Shown here: positions 51,038 to 61,881 of the stretch, one piece after another
Layout: each line of letters opens with the position of its first letter
Numbering within the stretch: position 1 is the first letter of the stretch
Assembly: GCA_049971805.1 (NCBI GenBank)
Contig: JBMFKU010000001.1
Location: 70,498-134,497, forward strand
DNA: 64,000 nucleotides
Direction: 5' to 3'
DNA from: Caldisphaera sp.
Lineage (GTDB): Archaea; Thermoproteota; Thermoprotei_A; Sulfolobales; Acidilobaceae
Notes under the pieces: model-generated
Databases searched by the model: none
What the model was told of the DNA's origin: nothing
The model's input: the letters and a program-made list of their open reading frames with translations, nothing else
Translations under genes and position numbers: made by a program

Positions 51038-52057
51038 CTACGAATTTGGAACTAATTTTTCTATTATATCATAAAACTTCAATCCATTACCAGTTAACAT
51101 TATTACATAATTGTTTATATTGTAGTTTAATTCCTTTAACTTAATTAATCCAAGATAAGAAACTGCTGAAGTTGGTTCAACCAGATAACCCATCTGCCAT
51201 AATTTTTTCAAACCAATCTTTATTTCTTCATCATCAAAAACTAATAGACCCCCTTTGCTTTCCTTTATTGCATCTAAAGCATCTTTAGCTCTAGGAGATT
51301 TCTTTAATGCAAGGCCGTCAGCTAGCTTAGACTCTTTTCCCTTAGATTCATAAATAGGATCAATAAACTCCTTTAGAGAAGCTGTTTCTTTTCCTTGTAT
51401 TGCAAACATTTTAGCATTAATTCCAATTTCTTTTAGACCATAATAAGCTCCTAAAAATAATGAAAAAGAGCTTGTAGGTATTATAACACCTCTAGGCTTT
51501 AAATCTTTTATTTCATTAGCTATACCTTTTATCCCCTCAATAAAAAATGGATTTCTTGCATGAGATACATAAAAGCAGTTTTTTGATAGTTCTTCAGCAA
51601 TATTTGATGCTTCATCCCTTGTATTTGATTCAATTATTTCAGCATTTAATGACCTTAAAAGAGCCTTCTTTCCATAAGGGGCATTTTTCGGTATAACTAT
51701 TTTGCTTTTCATACCGAGTCTAGAGGAAAAAGTGGCTGTAGATATACCTGTATTTCCGCTGGAATCCTCTACGGCGCATTTGTACTTTAAGGAGGAAGCA
51801 AGCTGTAAGCTATATGAAACACCCCTATCCTTAAAGCTACCGGTTGGATTAAGATATTCAAGCTTAAAGTAAACTTCATTTCCATCTATAATTTCTTTTA
51901 CAACTGGTGTATTACCTTCGCCAAGGATTGAATTGAATTTAGGTGCATCCCCTTTTATATATAAAGGGGACTTGCATATTGGACAATAAGGATAATATTT
52001 ATTTTCCTCTCCTTCAAACCCACAGTTTTTGCAAAATAACTTCCACATTTCCAACAC
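51038..52057 (-). CDS. threonine synthase-like PLP-dependent enzyme
   Basis: N-terminal CxxC..CxxC, LGEGNTP, KLEYLNPTGSFKDRG, DSSGNTG, VEPTSA, LTGNGLK. Confidence 0.85.
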   Translation of the reverse strand: MLEMWKLFCKNCGFEGEENKYYPYCPICKSPLYIKGDAPKFNSILGEGNTPVVKEIIDGNEVYFKLEYLNPTGSFKDRGVSYSLQLASSLKYKCAVEDSSGNTGISTATFSSRLGMKSKIVIPKNAPYGKKALLRSLNAEIIESNTRDEASNIAEELSKNCFYVSHARNPFFIEGIKGIANEIKDLKPRGVIIPTSSFSLFLGAYYGLKEIGINAKMFAIQGKETASLKEFIDPIYESKGKESKLADGLALKKSPRAKDALDAIKESKGGLLVFDDEEIKIGLKKLWQMGYLVEPTSAVSYLGLIKLKELNYNINNYVIMLTGNGLKFYDIIEKLVPNS

Positions 52058-52139
52058 AATTATTTTTAATATAAGAAGGACTAAAAATTTTTGCTTAAAA
52101 AATTTAAACTGTGAATTCTAAATATTTCAGGGAACTAAC

Positions 52140-53297
52140 ATGGTTAAATACTATACTGATGAAATTCTTATGACCCCAGGCCCAACTCATATTTCTTTAG
52201 ATATTTACAAAAGCATGTTAACAAAGGCAAAAAATACAGATTTGGATGAAGAATTCATAGATTTCTATAATAACTTAAGGAAAAAATTTTTTAAATTATT
52301 AAATATAAAAAAAGGAGATTTATATATTATGCTCGGGGAAGCAATGCTTGGATTAGAAACTGCTATTTCTAATACTGTTAAGGAAAAGGAGAAAGTATTG
52401 GTTATTGATAATGGCGTGTATGGTGAAGGCTTTAAGGATTTGGTCAAGATATATAAAGGAATTCCAATAACCATGGGTCTTGATTGGAGAAAAGAGGCTG
52501 ATCCGAACGAAGTAGACAAGGTTTTAGAAAAGAATAAAGACATTAATTTGGTAACATTGGTTCATTGCGATACACCATCGGGTATGTTAAATAACTTAAG
52601 AGAAATTTCCAAAATTGTTAAATCTCATAATGCTTTTCTTATTGTTGATGCTGTATCAAGCATAGCAACGACCAATATAGAATTTGATAATATTGATATA
52701 ATCATTGGAGGGGCCCAAAAAGCATTAAACATACCTGCAGGATTAACAATAATAGCTATTAGTGAAAAAATATGGGAAAGAATAAAAGAAGTCAATTATC
52801 AAGGATATTACATGAATTTAGGTTTATGGAAAGAAATGTTTGATAATAAGAAAACTTTTCCATATACAATGAATGACACTCTAGTTTATGCTCTAGATGC
52901 ATCAATAAATAAAATATTTGCAGAAGGTCTTGAAAGCGTTTATAAAAGACATGAATTAGCAAAGAAAGCATCTTTAAATGCATTAAAAGCCTTAAACCTT
53001 GAGTTGTATCCAATAGAAGAAAAATATTCGTCTCCTAGTGTTACAGCCTTTCTTTTACCTAATGGCATTAAAGATAAGGAATTAAGAGAAATGACCTGGA
53101 AAAAATATGGAGTTATGATAGCTGGAAGCTGGGGAAAGCTTGAAGGTAAAGTTGCAAGAATTGGGCATATGGGTTATCAGGCATCTCTAAATAACTTATT
53201 GATAGCTTACTCAGCTTTATCAAGATCTCTAAATGATTTAGGATATAAAAATTCAATAACTGATGTACTAGGGGCTATAGAAGAATCATATCCCTAA
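52140..53297 (+). CDS. class V aminotransferase (alanine-glyoxylate/serine-pyruvate type)
   Basis: MTPGPT, VHCDTPSG, VDAVSS, AQKAL, RIGHMG. Confidence 0.9.
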   Translation: MVKYYTDEILMTPGPTHISLDIYKSMLTKAKNTDLDEEFIDFYNNLRKKFFKLLNIKKGDLYIMLGEAMLGLETAISNTVKEKEKVLVIDNGVYGEGFKDLVKIYKGIPITMGLDWRKEADPNEVDKVLEKNKDINLVTLVHCDTPSGMLNNLREISKIVKSHNAFLIVDAVSSIATTNIEFDNIDIIIGGAQKALNIPAGLTIIAISEKIWERIKEVNYQGYYMNLGLWKEMFDNKKTFPYTMNDTLVYALDASINKIFAEGLESVYKRHELAKKASLNALKALNLELYPIEEKYSSPSVTAFLLPNGIKDKELREMTWKKYGVMIAGSWGKLEGKVARIGHMGYQASLNNLLIAYSALSRSLNDLGYKNSITDVLGAIEESYP

Positions 53298-53361
53298 ATT
53301 TTATTGAACGTTCAGCAGGGCTAATATTATTAATTCAATTCGTTTTATTTGGTGAAAATTT

Positions 53362-54576
53362 GTGAATGAAATAAACAGAATTGATTATGGGCCTTTAAAT
53401 AAGTATCAATGGCTAATAATAATTTCCTCATCTTTCAGTATGTTAATTTATGGTCTAGTTTTAGCTTTACCTTCAATTTCAACTACGTGGAGCTTTGTAC
53501 CTCAAAATTATTACGTATACATATTTCTTTCGATTCCAATAGGAACAATTATAGGAAACATCGTTATAGGTAGGCTAGCGGATACTAAAGGAAGAAAAAA
53601 TATGTTTATATTAACATTATTATTGTATGGATTAGGTTCTTTAATAGTTTTGGTATCAAATAATTTTTTGGTTTTGATTTTAGGCTTGCTTATTTCTCAA
53701 ATAGGTCTTGGAGGAGAAATGCCTACGCTTTTAACTTATCTATCAGAAATGATTCCAATAAAATATAGAGAAATTGTATTAATATTTACAACTAACATTG
53801 CAAATGTAGGTGTGTTAATAGGCGGTATCATTTCATTAAAGGCAGGTCTTCTTTCAATAGAACAAGAAAGATTTTATTATTTGATATCTTTAATAGCATC
53901 AATATCATTAATGCTAGTATTTAGGTTAATGGTACCCGAATCATTGAGATGGGAGATTAAGAAGAAAAAAGAAATTGGAAAAAGGGTTAAAATTGAACAG
54001 CTATGGTTTAAAATTTACTTTTTAACTTCTTTGATAATTGCAACAGCATTAACTTATGCTTTATTAGCATTAACTATAGGTCCTTATCTGTTTCCTAAAT
54101 TGACTTCAATTTTATTAGTTATTTATAATTTAGGGGAAAGTATTGGTGGTTTCATTTCATTAGGCATTATTAAAAGAATTGGCACGAAATTTTTTGCTGT
54201 TTTTTCTTATATGGGAGGTTTCATAGTTATGATATTCGTTGTTATTGATTATATTTTTGCAAAAAATGTATTACAATTATTTTTGGCCCTGTTATTTATA
54301 AATGGATTATTTGGAGAATTTGCATGGGCTGCAAGAGTCTCATTAGAACCAGTTATATTTCCAACAAACTTTAGATCAACTGGAATAGCTATTTCAAGAC
54401 TTTTGCCATATATTTTATACGCGGCCTCTATTTTTTATGCAGCTTCTTTTGATGTAATGCAATATTTAATATATAATATCATATTATGGGGAATTGGAGG
54501 CCTAGCATCTATATTATGGTATGTTTATGGGGTTGAAACAATTAACAAAAAACTTGAAGATATCAATAATGAATAA
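53362..54576 (+). CDS. MFS transporter
   Basis: GRLADTKGRK, GLGGE, PESLRW, FPTNFRSTG. Confidence 0.85.
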   Translation: MNEINRIDYGPLNKYQWLIIISSSFSMLIYGLVLALPSISTTWSFVPQNYYVYIFLSIPIGTIIGNIVIGRLADTKGRKNMFILTLLLYGLGSLIVLVSNNFLVLILGLLISQIGLGGEMPTLLTYLSEMIPIKYREIVLIFTTNIANVGVLIGGIISLKAGLLSIEQERFYYLISLIASISLMLVFRLMVPESLRWEIKKKKEIGKRVKIEQLWFKIYFLTSLIIATALTYALLALTIGPYLFPKLTSILLVIYNLGESIGGFISLGIIKRIGTKFFAVFSYMGGFIVMIFVVIDYIFAKNVLQLFLALLFINGLFGEFAWAARVSLEPVIFPTNFRSTGIAISRLLPYILYAASIFYAASFDVMQYLIYNIILWGIGGLASILWYVYGVETINKKLEDINNE

Positions 54577-54585
54577 TTTTAAATC

Positions 54586-55617
54586 TTATTGAATTAAAAT
54601 ATTAAAGAGATCATCATATATTTTCTTTGCAGTATTTATATCATCAATTCCTTCTACCATGCCTAAGCCATTATTCATGAGAACCATTTGAATAGTATCT
54701 TTTTGTACTCTTAAACTATATTTGTTTATAGATATTACATTAAACTTTTCTTTAATTTTATTAATTTTTTTACTAAAATCAAAATTAACAAATTTTTCTG
54801 GCCTTATTTCTACAGCATGCGTTCCGCAAATCTTTACTACACCTCTTAATGTTTTTTTCTCTAAAAATTCATAGTGATGTAAACCGCATGTAGTACACTT
54901 CTCATTTTTAGTTATTTTTATCTTTTCTATGCTCACATCTCTTCCATCTATTACAAATAAAACACCATAGGGCACTTCATTACCTGCTAAGTATCTTATA
55001 GCTAAATTAGAAGATATGGAAGAAACTAATGAAGTCATAGTTCCAATAGAAGGTATAATATCGCAACTCTCATTTTGATTGCTAATTTCAGGTATAAGGC
55101 ATCTAAGGCAAGGCCCTTGATTCGGTTTTATGAACATAACATTACCATACCACGAATTAACGCCTGCATAAATCCAGGGTATGTTGTGTTTAACTGAAAC
55201 ATCATTAATTAAAAATCTAGCCTCTAGGTTATCTGTTCCATCAAGAATTAAATCTACATCTTCTAAAAACTTTTCGGCGTTTAAAGAATCAAATTCATCT
55301 ATAGCACTTTCTACTTTGATACTTTGATCTATTTCTTTAATCCACTTTTCACAGGCAATAGCCTTAGGTAATGATTCCAAAGCATCTTTTTCTGTAATCA
55401 TATGAGTCCTATGTAAATTACTTAAGTCTATATAATCTCTATCTATAATTTTGATTTTTTTAATTCCTGCCCTTGCTAAAATTTCTGCCTGGGTTGAACC
55501 CAAGGCACCACAGCCTACAATAGCTATTTTGGAATTCATAATTTTTTCCATACCTTCATATCCTATATCTTGCATTAATAATTGCCTAGAGAACCTTGCT
55601 AAATCATTTTTATTCAA
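54586..55617 (-). CDS. ThiF/MoeB/E1-like adenylyltransferase
   Basis: RFSRQ, GCGALGS, DRDYIDLSNLHR, DGTDN, CLRC, CTTC. Confidence 0.9.
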   Translation of the reverse strand: MNKNDLARFSRQLLMQDIGYEGMEKIMNSKIAIVGCGALGSTQAEILARAGIKKIKIIDRDYIDLSNLHRTHMITEKDALESLPKAIACEKWIKEIDQSIKVESAIDEFDSLNAEKFLEDVDLILDGTDNLEARFLINDVSVKHNIPWIYAGVNSWYGNVMFIKPNQGPCLRCLIPEISNQNESCDIIPSIGTMTSLVSSISSNLAIRYLAGNEVPYGVLFVIDGRDVSIEKIKITKNEKCTTCGLHHYEFLEKKTLRGVVKICGTHAVEIRPEKFVNFDFSKKINKIKEKFNVISINKYSLRVQKDTIQMVLMNNGLGMVEGIDDINTAKKIYDDLFNILIQ

Positions 55618-55658
55618 TCATTACCACCAAGATCATATTATACATAAAACCTAAATTT

Positions 55659-57170
55659 TTATCTGCTGTAAATCCTTAATATATCTCTTCTATATAATGG
55701 GAAAACTAACTTACCATCCTTATCAATTATAGCTATTACATAGAGGTCCTTATCTTTTATTCTTCTTATAGCTTCACCTATAGTATTATTATATAATAAT
55801 ACTTCAACTTGTTTTAAATAGGTTTCACATATCATCGTGTTCTCGTAATTGTTAGGATCTACATCTATGAGACTTCTTATAGAAAAAACTCCAATTGGAA
55901 CCATATCACGGTTAACAACAACAATTTCATTTATATCTCTTTTTGAAAATATTTTTGCAGCATCAAATAATGTAGAATCGCAATGCAATATATCATAGTC
56001 ATCAACTTTAATAGTTGATAATGGCATTGAAAGCTTAATATTTTCAATTTTTTCTCCAGGTAACTTCCATTTTCTTAAAACAAATGGGAATATTATTGCA
56101 ACTATAGCTATTGTTAAAACCGAAAAAGAATATTGATATCCAGTTATATAATTGCTTAGTAATGAAATAAGCAACAATGATGTATCAACGCCACCCTTAG
56201 CCGTTTGGGCCCACGAATTGAGCCATTTGTTTTGAAATTTTATTATATCAGAAGAAAGATACCCAGAAAAAAGTTTAGATGATAGGACAATTCCAACAAG
56301 TATTAATGACATTATAACTATGTTAGCTGTTATTTTAACAACTTCTAATCCAATATCAGCAAAAAATATTGGTTCGAAAAAACCATAAGTTAATCCCCGA
56401 ACTCTTTCTAAAATTTCTTGTCTGTCTTCGAAGTAATCTCTAAACAAATATCCTAGAAAAAGAGCTGAAATAGCGGCATTGAAGCCATAATAGTCTGAGA
56501 AATAACCTACGATTAAAATTATTGATATTATTAATGCCAATTCAATTTCTCTTGCTTTTAATAAGTACAGTATTTTTGAAAATATCTTCGAATATATTTG
56601 CCCTAAAGCAAAGATAGCTATTATTACTAAAGAAGTTCCAATGAAAGCTTCTAATATCCTTGTTTTTTGACTAAATCCTACAAATAAAATAATAAATATA
56701 ATTTCAGTTATCACAGCTTGATAAAAGAGTGTAGTTCCCGTTTTTGTTTTTGAAATATTCATATCAGAAAGTGCTCTTGCAAGAGGACCAGTGCTTGTCA
56801 TAGCTAATGGTACAACTAATATTAAAGCATTCTCAGTGTTTATTAGTTTAAAAAATAACAAAATAAAAGTAATGGGAATCAATACTTGTATTAAAGATGC
56901 AACAAATAATTTTATGTTTGGTCTTTCATTTAAATTAAACTCCTCAGCTCCAGCAAGAAATAGAATAAAAGTTATGCCTAGTTGAGATAAGAAATTTATT
57001 GATTGATTTGGAACTATAAAATTTAATACTGCTGGCCCCAATATAATACCAGAAACAATTATACTAACAAATGCTGGAATGTAGAATTTTTTTAGGCTCT
57101 CTTCTAGTACTTTAGCAATTAATATTATAACACCAACATAGAGAAACGATATAATTGTGGAATTAATCAT
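55659..57170 (-). CDS. cation:proton antiporter (CPA2) with C-terminal CBS pair
   Basis: GIILGP, LFLAG, FFEPIFF..IG, hydrophilic CBS-like tail. Confidence 0.85.
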   Translation of the reverse strand: MINSTIISFLYVGVIILIAKVLEESLKKFYIPAFVSIIVSGIILGPAVLNFIVPNQSINFLSQLGITFILFLAGAEEFNLNERPNIKLFVASLIQVLIPITFILLFFKLINTENALILVVPLAMTSTGPLARALSDMNISKTKTGTTLFYQAVITEIIFIILFVGFSQKTRILEAFIGTSLVIIAIFALGQIYSKIFSKILYLLKAREIELALIISIILIVGYFSDYYGFNAAISALFLGYLFRDYFEDRQEILERVRGLTYGFFEPIFFADIGLEVVKITANIVIMSLILVGIVLSSKLFSGYLSSDIIKFQNKWLNSWAQTAKGGVDTSLLLISLLSNYITGYQYSFSVLTIAIVAIIFPFVLRKWKLPGEKIENIKLSMPLSTIKVDDYDILHCDSTLFDAAKIFSKRDINEIVVVNRDMVPIGVFSIRSLIDVDPNNYENTMICETYLKQVEVLLYNNTIGEAIRRIKDKDLYVIAIIDKDGKLVFPLYRRDILRIYSR

Positions 57171-57186
57171 TAATAGTTTTATCCTC

Positions 57187-58767
57187 CTAATCTAATGGTA
57201 TAAATTTTAAGTCTAATCCATATTCATCTGCAATTTTCTTTATTGATTTTACCTTTTTCGCTGTAACTCTTGAATGCCTAGGTATCCTTATAATAAGGCT
57301 ACCTTCGCTTATTTCAGTCTTTGCATTAGGAATTAGCCTACTTATTTTATCTGATACAGATGAAAAGTCCTCTTCCAATAAATTTAAGCTAGTTTTACCT
57401 CCTTTACCTTCTCTATATTTTCTTCTTACAGGAATTACCATAGTTTGTTCTCCAAATGTATATAGTTCATATTCAAGTTCACCTGTCAAAAAGTTCTTCA
57501 CTTCAACAACAGGTCTTGCTAACTCAGCTTCTTTTAACCCGGTAGGAAGCCTTACAGTTATTTCTAGATCATAAACTTTCTCAACACTTCCATTATTTAT
57601 AAATATTACGGTATCAATTATACTTGGTATCATGCCTAATTCAACTCTTGTAGCGATTCTTTGTATTGCATCTATTGGTGATGTAGCATGAGTAACACCT
57701 ACCATGCCTATGCCTGCTAATCTCAGATCAACATAAAGCTTAAAATCATTATCATCTCTTAATTCATCAAAAAATGTATAATCAGGTCTTGATAAAAGCA
57801 ATATATCATGGAGCTCTGTCATTTCTGCATAGGTTTTTGAATATTGAGTTATATCAGGGGGTAATCTCATATCCCTAGGAGATTCAATAGTTTTCACTAT
57901 TTTTCCTTTACTAGAATAAAATTCTGCAAGAGCTTGAGCAAAAGTTGTTTTACCTGCTCCTGGCGATCCACTTATTAGAATTCCCTCAGCCCTTTCTAGC
58001 AGTCTTTTCATTAACTTTTCTGGCAAATTATAATCTTCTAGCTTTAGTTTAGCTATTGGTCTAACAGCGGTTATTTCCCATCCATCGCTCAATGGAGGCC
58101 TTGTTATTATTATCCTATAATCTCTTAGTTGCACAATAGTTGAACCTGTTCTATCAATTTCTACAAATCCTTCTTCCATTGTTGAAGCTCTTTCAATAAT
58201 TTCTCTAGATAGCTCTTCTATTTGAGCTCTTTCCATAGGTTTATCAGATAGCTTTACAAATACCCAGCTTCCAGGTTTTCCTAACTTTGCTAGAGGTGTT
58301 GCTCCTTCTTTTAAATGCACGCTCATCGTTTTATCATCAAAGAAACTTTCCAATTTTAATTTTCCAGTTCTTTTAGAGCCAGTATATAAAACTGGTATTC
58401 CTAGAGCCTCTGCAGAATCTAACATCATAGAATCGCTTGTTATTATAATTGCCGATGACTTCCAAGCATATTCCCTTATTGATTTCTTTATTTCTTCATA
58501 GTTCAATTCTCTAATAACATGCTTATCATTTTCTATTATTTCTATATTTACGCCGCTCCTCTTTATCGATCCAAGTTTCTTGATCTCATCTAGACCTGTA
58601 AATCCAATGCTCATACCTTTTTTTGCCTGGTTATAGAAATATTCTATTAGATCCTTTAAAATTAAAACCTTTCCAACAGGTACCATGCCATCTTCAATCG
58701 ACCTTCTAGCACTTCCATCTAATACAGATTCTATATCAACCAAGTAAAGGCCTGTACTTTCTACCAA
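57187..58767 (-). CDS. PIN-domain ATPase PINA (PIN + PilT-like ATPase + KH-like tail)
   Basis: PIN N-terminus, TMSVHLKEG, GSPGAGKTTF, ESPRD, FDELR, HAT..IDAIQR. Confidence 0.88.
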   Translation of the reverse strand: MVESTGLYLVDIESVLDGSARRSIEDGMVPVGKVLILKDLIEYFYNQAKKGMSIGFTGLDEIKKLGSIKRSGVNIEIIENDKHVIRELNYEEIKKSIREYAWKSSAIIITSDSMMLDSAEALGIPVLYTGSKRTGKLKLESFFDDKTMSVHLKEGATPLAKLGKPGSWVFVKLSDKPMERAQIEELSREIIERASTMEEGFVEIDRTGSTIVQLRDYRIIITRPPLSDGWEITAVRPIAKLKLEDYNLPEKLMKRLLERAEGILISGSPGAGKTTFAQALAEFYSSKGKIVKTIESPRDMRLPPDITQYSKTYAEMTELHDILLLSRPDYTFFDELRDDNDFKLYVDLRLAGIGMVGVTHATSPIDAIQRIATRVELGMIPSIIDTVIFINNGSVEKVYDLEITVRLPTGLKEAELARPVVEVKNFLTGELEYELYTFGEQTMVIPVRRKYREGKGGKTSLNLLEEDFSSVSDKISRLIPNAKTEISEGSLIIRIPRHSRVTAKKVKSIKKIADEYGLDLKFIPLD

Positions 58768-58859
58768 TTCTTTTTTCCCCTTAGCCTATAAAAATATTAA
58801 AATTGAGGAGTATAAGTTTATTATGAAAAATATTAAAATGCAAATTAATAATTGATAAA

Positions 58860-59747
58860 ATGAAAGAAGGCGGGATAATGTACAGCATATTAATAACTGG
58901 AGAGGTTCTATATACTGGTAAAGAAACAATAAAAGATTCATATGTTTATATAAGAAATGGAGTTATTAAAAAAGTTGGAAACATGCCAATACCTGATGAA
59001 ATAGGGGAACCATCATTAGTTTTAGGAGGGGAAGGAAAGGTTATAATGCCTTCATTAACTGCTGTTGCAGATATAGCATCATTCCCTATAAAGTACTTTA
59101 GACCAAGTATGAAGAAAAGAATAGAGTTTTATAAAAGAATGAAGGCAAATGAGTTGTTTGTATTATCATTTCCTGCTGTTTACGAATTAAACATGCAAGG
59201 TATATCTACAATAATAGCTGAGGCATTGGATCCATCCTATGTTATAGATTTAAATAAGAAAATTGGAGGTAATTATGGTGTAGCAATACCCGTATGTGTT
59301 GAAAGCTTTGATGTCCCACCAATCCTAGTTGGGAGGATAAAGATAAGTGGTGTTGATTGTTTTGGAGAGGGAATTAGTGAGGATTCAAACAATTATTTAA
59401 TGCTAATCAGTAGACCAACCTATTCGATATCTGGTTTTCAAAATGCATATGAAAAAAGTGAAAATATTAGAAAAGAAATAGGATTAAAGCCAAACTTAAT
59501 TAAGGAAGGAAACAATGCTGAAATAGTTGTTTATGATGTTTCAAAGCCGCCTGCAATGATGATATACAACAGCAATGAAGAAGACCTAATAAATATTTAT
59601 GGCTTAAATGCAAGGGTTGAGAGCCTTATAGTTAATGAAGATGTTTTGGTTGATATCGGGGGGCATCTAAGAATTACGGAAAAGCAATTAAAACAAAGCA
59701 AAAGCTTGGCAGAAAAAATATTTAATAGCCAACAAACTCAGCCATAG
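58860..59747 (+). CDS. amidohydrolase-related protein lacking the metal-binding HxH
   Basis: VYIRNGVIKKVG..GKVIMPSL N-terminus and IKEGNNAEIVVYD C-terminus; start probably 58878. Confidence 0.6.
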   Translation: MKEGGIMYSILITGEVLYTGKETIKDSYVYIRNGVIKKVGNMPIPDEIGEPSLVLGGEGKVIMPSLTAVADIASFPIKYFRPSMKKRIEFYKRMKANELFVLSFPAVYELNMQGISTIIAEALDPSYVIDLNKKIGGNYGVAIPVCVESFDVPPILVGRIKISGVDCFGEGISEDSNNYLMLISRPTYSISGFQNAYEKSENIRKEIGLKPNLIKEGNNAEIVVYDVSKPPAMMIYNSNEEDLINIYGLNARVESLIVNEDVLVDIGGHLRITEKQLKQSKSLAEKIFNSQQTQP

Positions 59748-59857
59748 ATGCAAGATATGCTTTATCTGTTAACTTATTTAAGATTAGTAAATGAGCATAT
59801 TTTTCAAAAAGTAAGAAAAACTTATAAATGATTCAATTCTTAAGGTTTGAATATTCT

Positions 59858-60760
59858 TTAAATATTAGAAAAATATTCAGAATATTTTAGCATGGAATTT
59901 ATTTCATTCAAATAAGGAGAATTGCTACTTCCTATCTTTTCTACCTTTATTGATCCAGAGGTTACCGCAAATCTTAATGATGTTTCGAAGTTTTTTGTTT
60001 CTATATATTTAACATTAAATGCTGCATTAAATGCATCTCCTGCCCCTGTTGGATCCAATTGAGAAACCTTTCCTTTATATGATGCATGATGAACCTTATT
60101 ATTTTTATCAATAAGTCTAGCACCCATTGAGCCCATTTTCACTACTATAAAATCTATGTAATTGTTAATTAGTGAAGTTAAGCTGCTGTTTAAGCAGTTA
60201 AATTCATTTTGATTGATAAGAACCCAATTAACTTTCTTGATGGCCTCAATAGTTTTTTCTTTATTTATGCATGCAATACCTCCTGGATCATAACTTATTG
60301 TTGTTTTATTTCTATCAACTTTTAAAGAATTAAGAATTTCAGGGTCTACGCTAGAAATATGTACATGCTGAGAATCAATCTTTCTATCAACTTTTAAAGA
60401 ATTATTTGCATTTCTAGCAGAAATCATAGTCCTTGTTCCATTCTTTCTGTCTACTATAATCATTGCAAGTCCTGTACTTTCATTCTTATCTATTTCTATT
60501 AGAGTAATATCAACACCTTCTTTTTTTATCCATTCAATTAATCCTAACTTTATAGAATCTTTGCCTGCCCTTGCTATAAGCTTTGCTTTATGGTTTAATC
60601 TAGATACGGCAATGCTATAATTTGTTGCTGCACCTCCTAAACCAATCCAAGTTTCTTTTGCAAATATGTTATGATCAGGCTTAGGTATTTCATCTACAAA
60701 TGCTATAAAATCTATGTTTATATTTCCCACAGATGTATGAACTTGCTTGTCTAGACTCAT
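59858..60760 (-). CDS. PfkB/ribokinase family kinase
   Basis: GGAATN, NQNE, VKMGSMG, DPTGAGDAF. Confidence 0.9.
   Translation of the reverse strand: MSLDKQVHTSVGNINIDFIAFVDEIPKPDHNIFAKETWIGLGGAATNYSIAVSRLNHKAKLIARAGKDSIKLGLIEWIKKEGVDITLIEIDKNESTGLAMIIVDRKNGTRTMISARNANNSLKVDRKIDSQHVHISSVDPEILNSLKVDRNKTTISYDPGGIACINKEKTIEAIKKVNWVLINQNEFNCLNSSLTSLINNYIDFIVVKMGSMGARLIDKNNKVHHASYKGKVSQLDPTGAGDAFNAAFNVKYIETKNFETSLRFAVTSGSIKVEKIGSSNSPYLNEINSMLKYSEYFSNI
60309..60404. repeat. exact 24-bp direct repeat (60309-60332 and 60381-60404) inside the PfkB gene
   Basis: TTTCTATCAACTTTTAAAGAATTA occurs twice with a 72-bp period; protein has NSLKVDR twice. Confidence 0.85.
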
Positions 60761-60888
60761 TTTATATCACAATTAAATAAAAACAATTAGGCAAAATTTG
60801 CATTATAAATAAGTTATTTATATATATAAATTAAATATATAGAAAGATTTATATATTATGTTTATATACTTAGAAAAAGGTGTAAAAA

Positions 60889-61881
60889 ATGGCAGAAGTT
60901 GCAGTTGAAGTAAAGGGTTTAACAAAAAAATATGGAGAATTCACTGCGGTAGATCACATCAGTTTTAATATAAATAAGGCTGAAATTTTTTCTCTATTAG
61001 GTCCTAATGGAGCAGGAAAGACAACTACAATAGGCATGCTATCAACTATAAAGAGGCCAACAGAAGGAGATGCATTAGTTATGGGTTATAGCATTGTAAA
61101 GGAAAAGTACAAGGTTAGGAAAGTTATTGGTGTTTCCCCACAAGATTTGACAGCAGATGATGAGCTAACAGGCTATGAAAATGTCTTGATAATGGCAAAG
61201 CTTTTTGGTTACAAAGGAAAAGAAGCTGAAGATAGGGCAAAGTGGGCCCTTGAATTTATGGAACTATGGGATAGTGCATTTAAAAGGGTTAGGGAGTATA
61301 GCGGAGGTATGAGAAGGAGATTGGAAGTTGCCATGAGCATAGTTCATAACCCATCGGTAGTTTTTTTGGATGAGCCAACAGTTGGATTAGATGTGCAATC
61401 AAGGAGACGTATATGGGATCTAATAAGGGAATTGAAGAAAAACAGAATAACAGTTTTGCTAACAACTCATTATATGGAAGAAGCAGAAGCTTTATCAGAT
61501 AGGGTTGCAATCATAGATCGCGGAAAGATAATAGCTATTGGTAGCCCTGATGAATTAAAAGCAAAAATTAAGGGAGAAAGGATTTACATAACATTAAAAG
61601 AATTAAATTCGATAGATGGACTTGTTAAGAAAATAAATGATATCTTACCCGAATCTGCTAAACAAATAGATGGTCAAGTTGTTGTAAAAACGGAGTCGTC
61701 AAGTGAAATATTACCATTAATAATAAAGGTTTTATCTGGTTACGATATAACAGAATTAAAAGTTGTTAAGCCAAACCTAGAGGAGGTATTTCTTGAGTTA
61801 ACTGGTAGAGGATTAAAGGAAGAAGAGGGAGGATTTGATAGATTTAAGTATATGAGAACCATGAGGAGTGTGAGATCATGA
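60889..61881 (+). CDS. ABC-2 exporter ATP-binding subunit (DrrA-like)
   Basis: GPNGAGKTT, YSGGM, FLDEPT, TTHYMEEA, LEEVFLELTG. Confidence 0.93.
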   Translation: MAEVAVEVKGLTKKYGEFTAVDHISFNINKAEIFSLLGPNGAGKTTTIGMLSTIKRPTEGDALVMGYSIVKEKYKVRKVIGVSPQDLTADDELTGYENVLIMAKLFGYKGKEAEDRAKWALEFMELWDSAFKRVREYSGGMRRRLEVAMSIVHNPSVVFLDEPTVGLDVQSRRRIWDLIRELKKNRITVLLTTHYMEEAEALSDRVAIIDRGKIIAIGSPDELKAKIKGERIYITLKELNSIDGLVKKINDILPESAKQIDGQVVVKTESSSEILPLIIKVLSGYDITELKVVKPNLEEVFLELTGRGLKEEEGGFDRFKYMRTMRSVRS

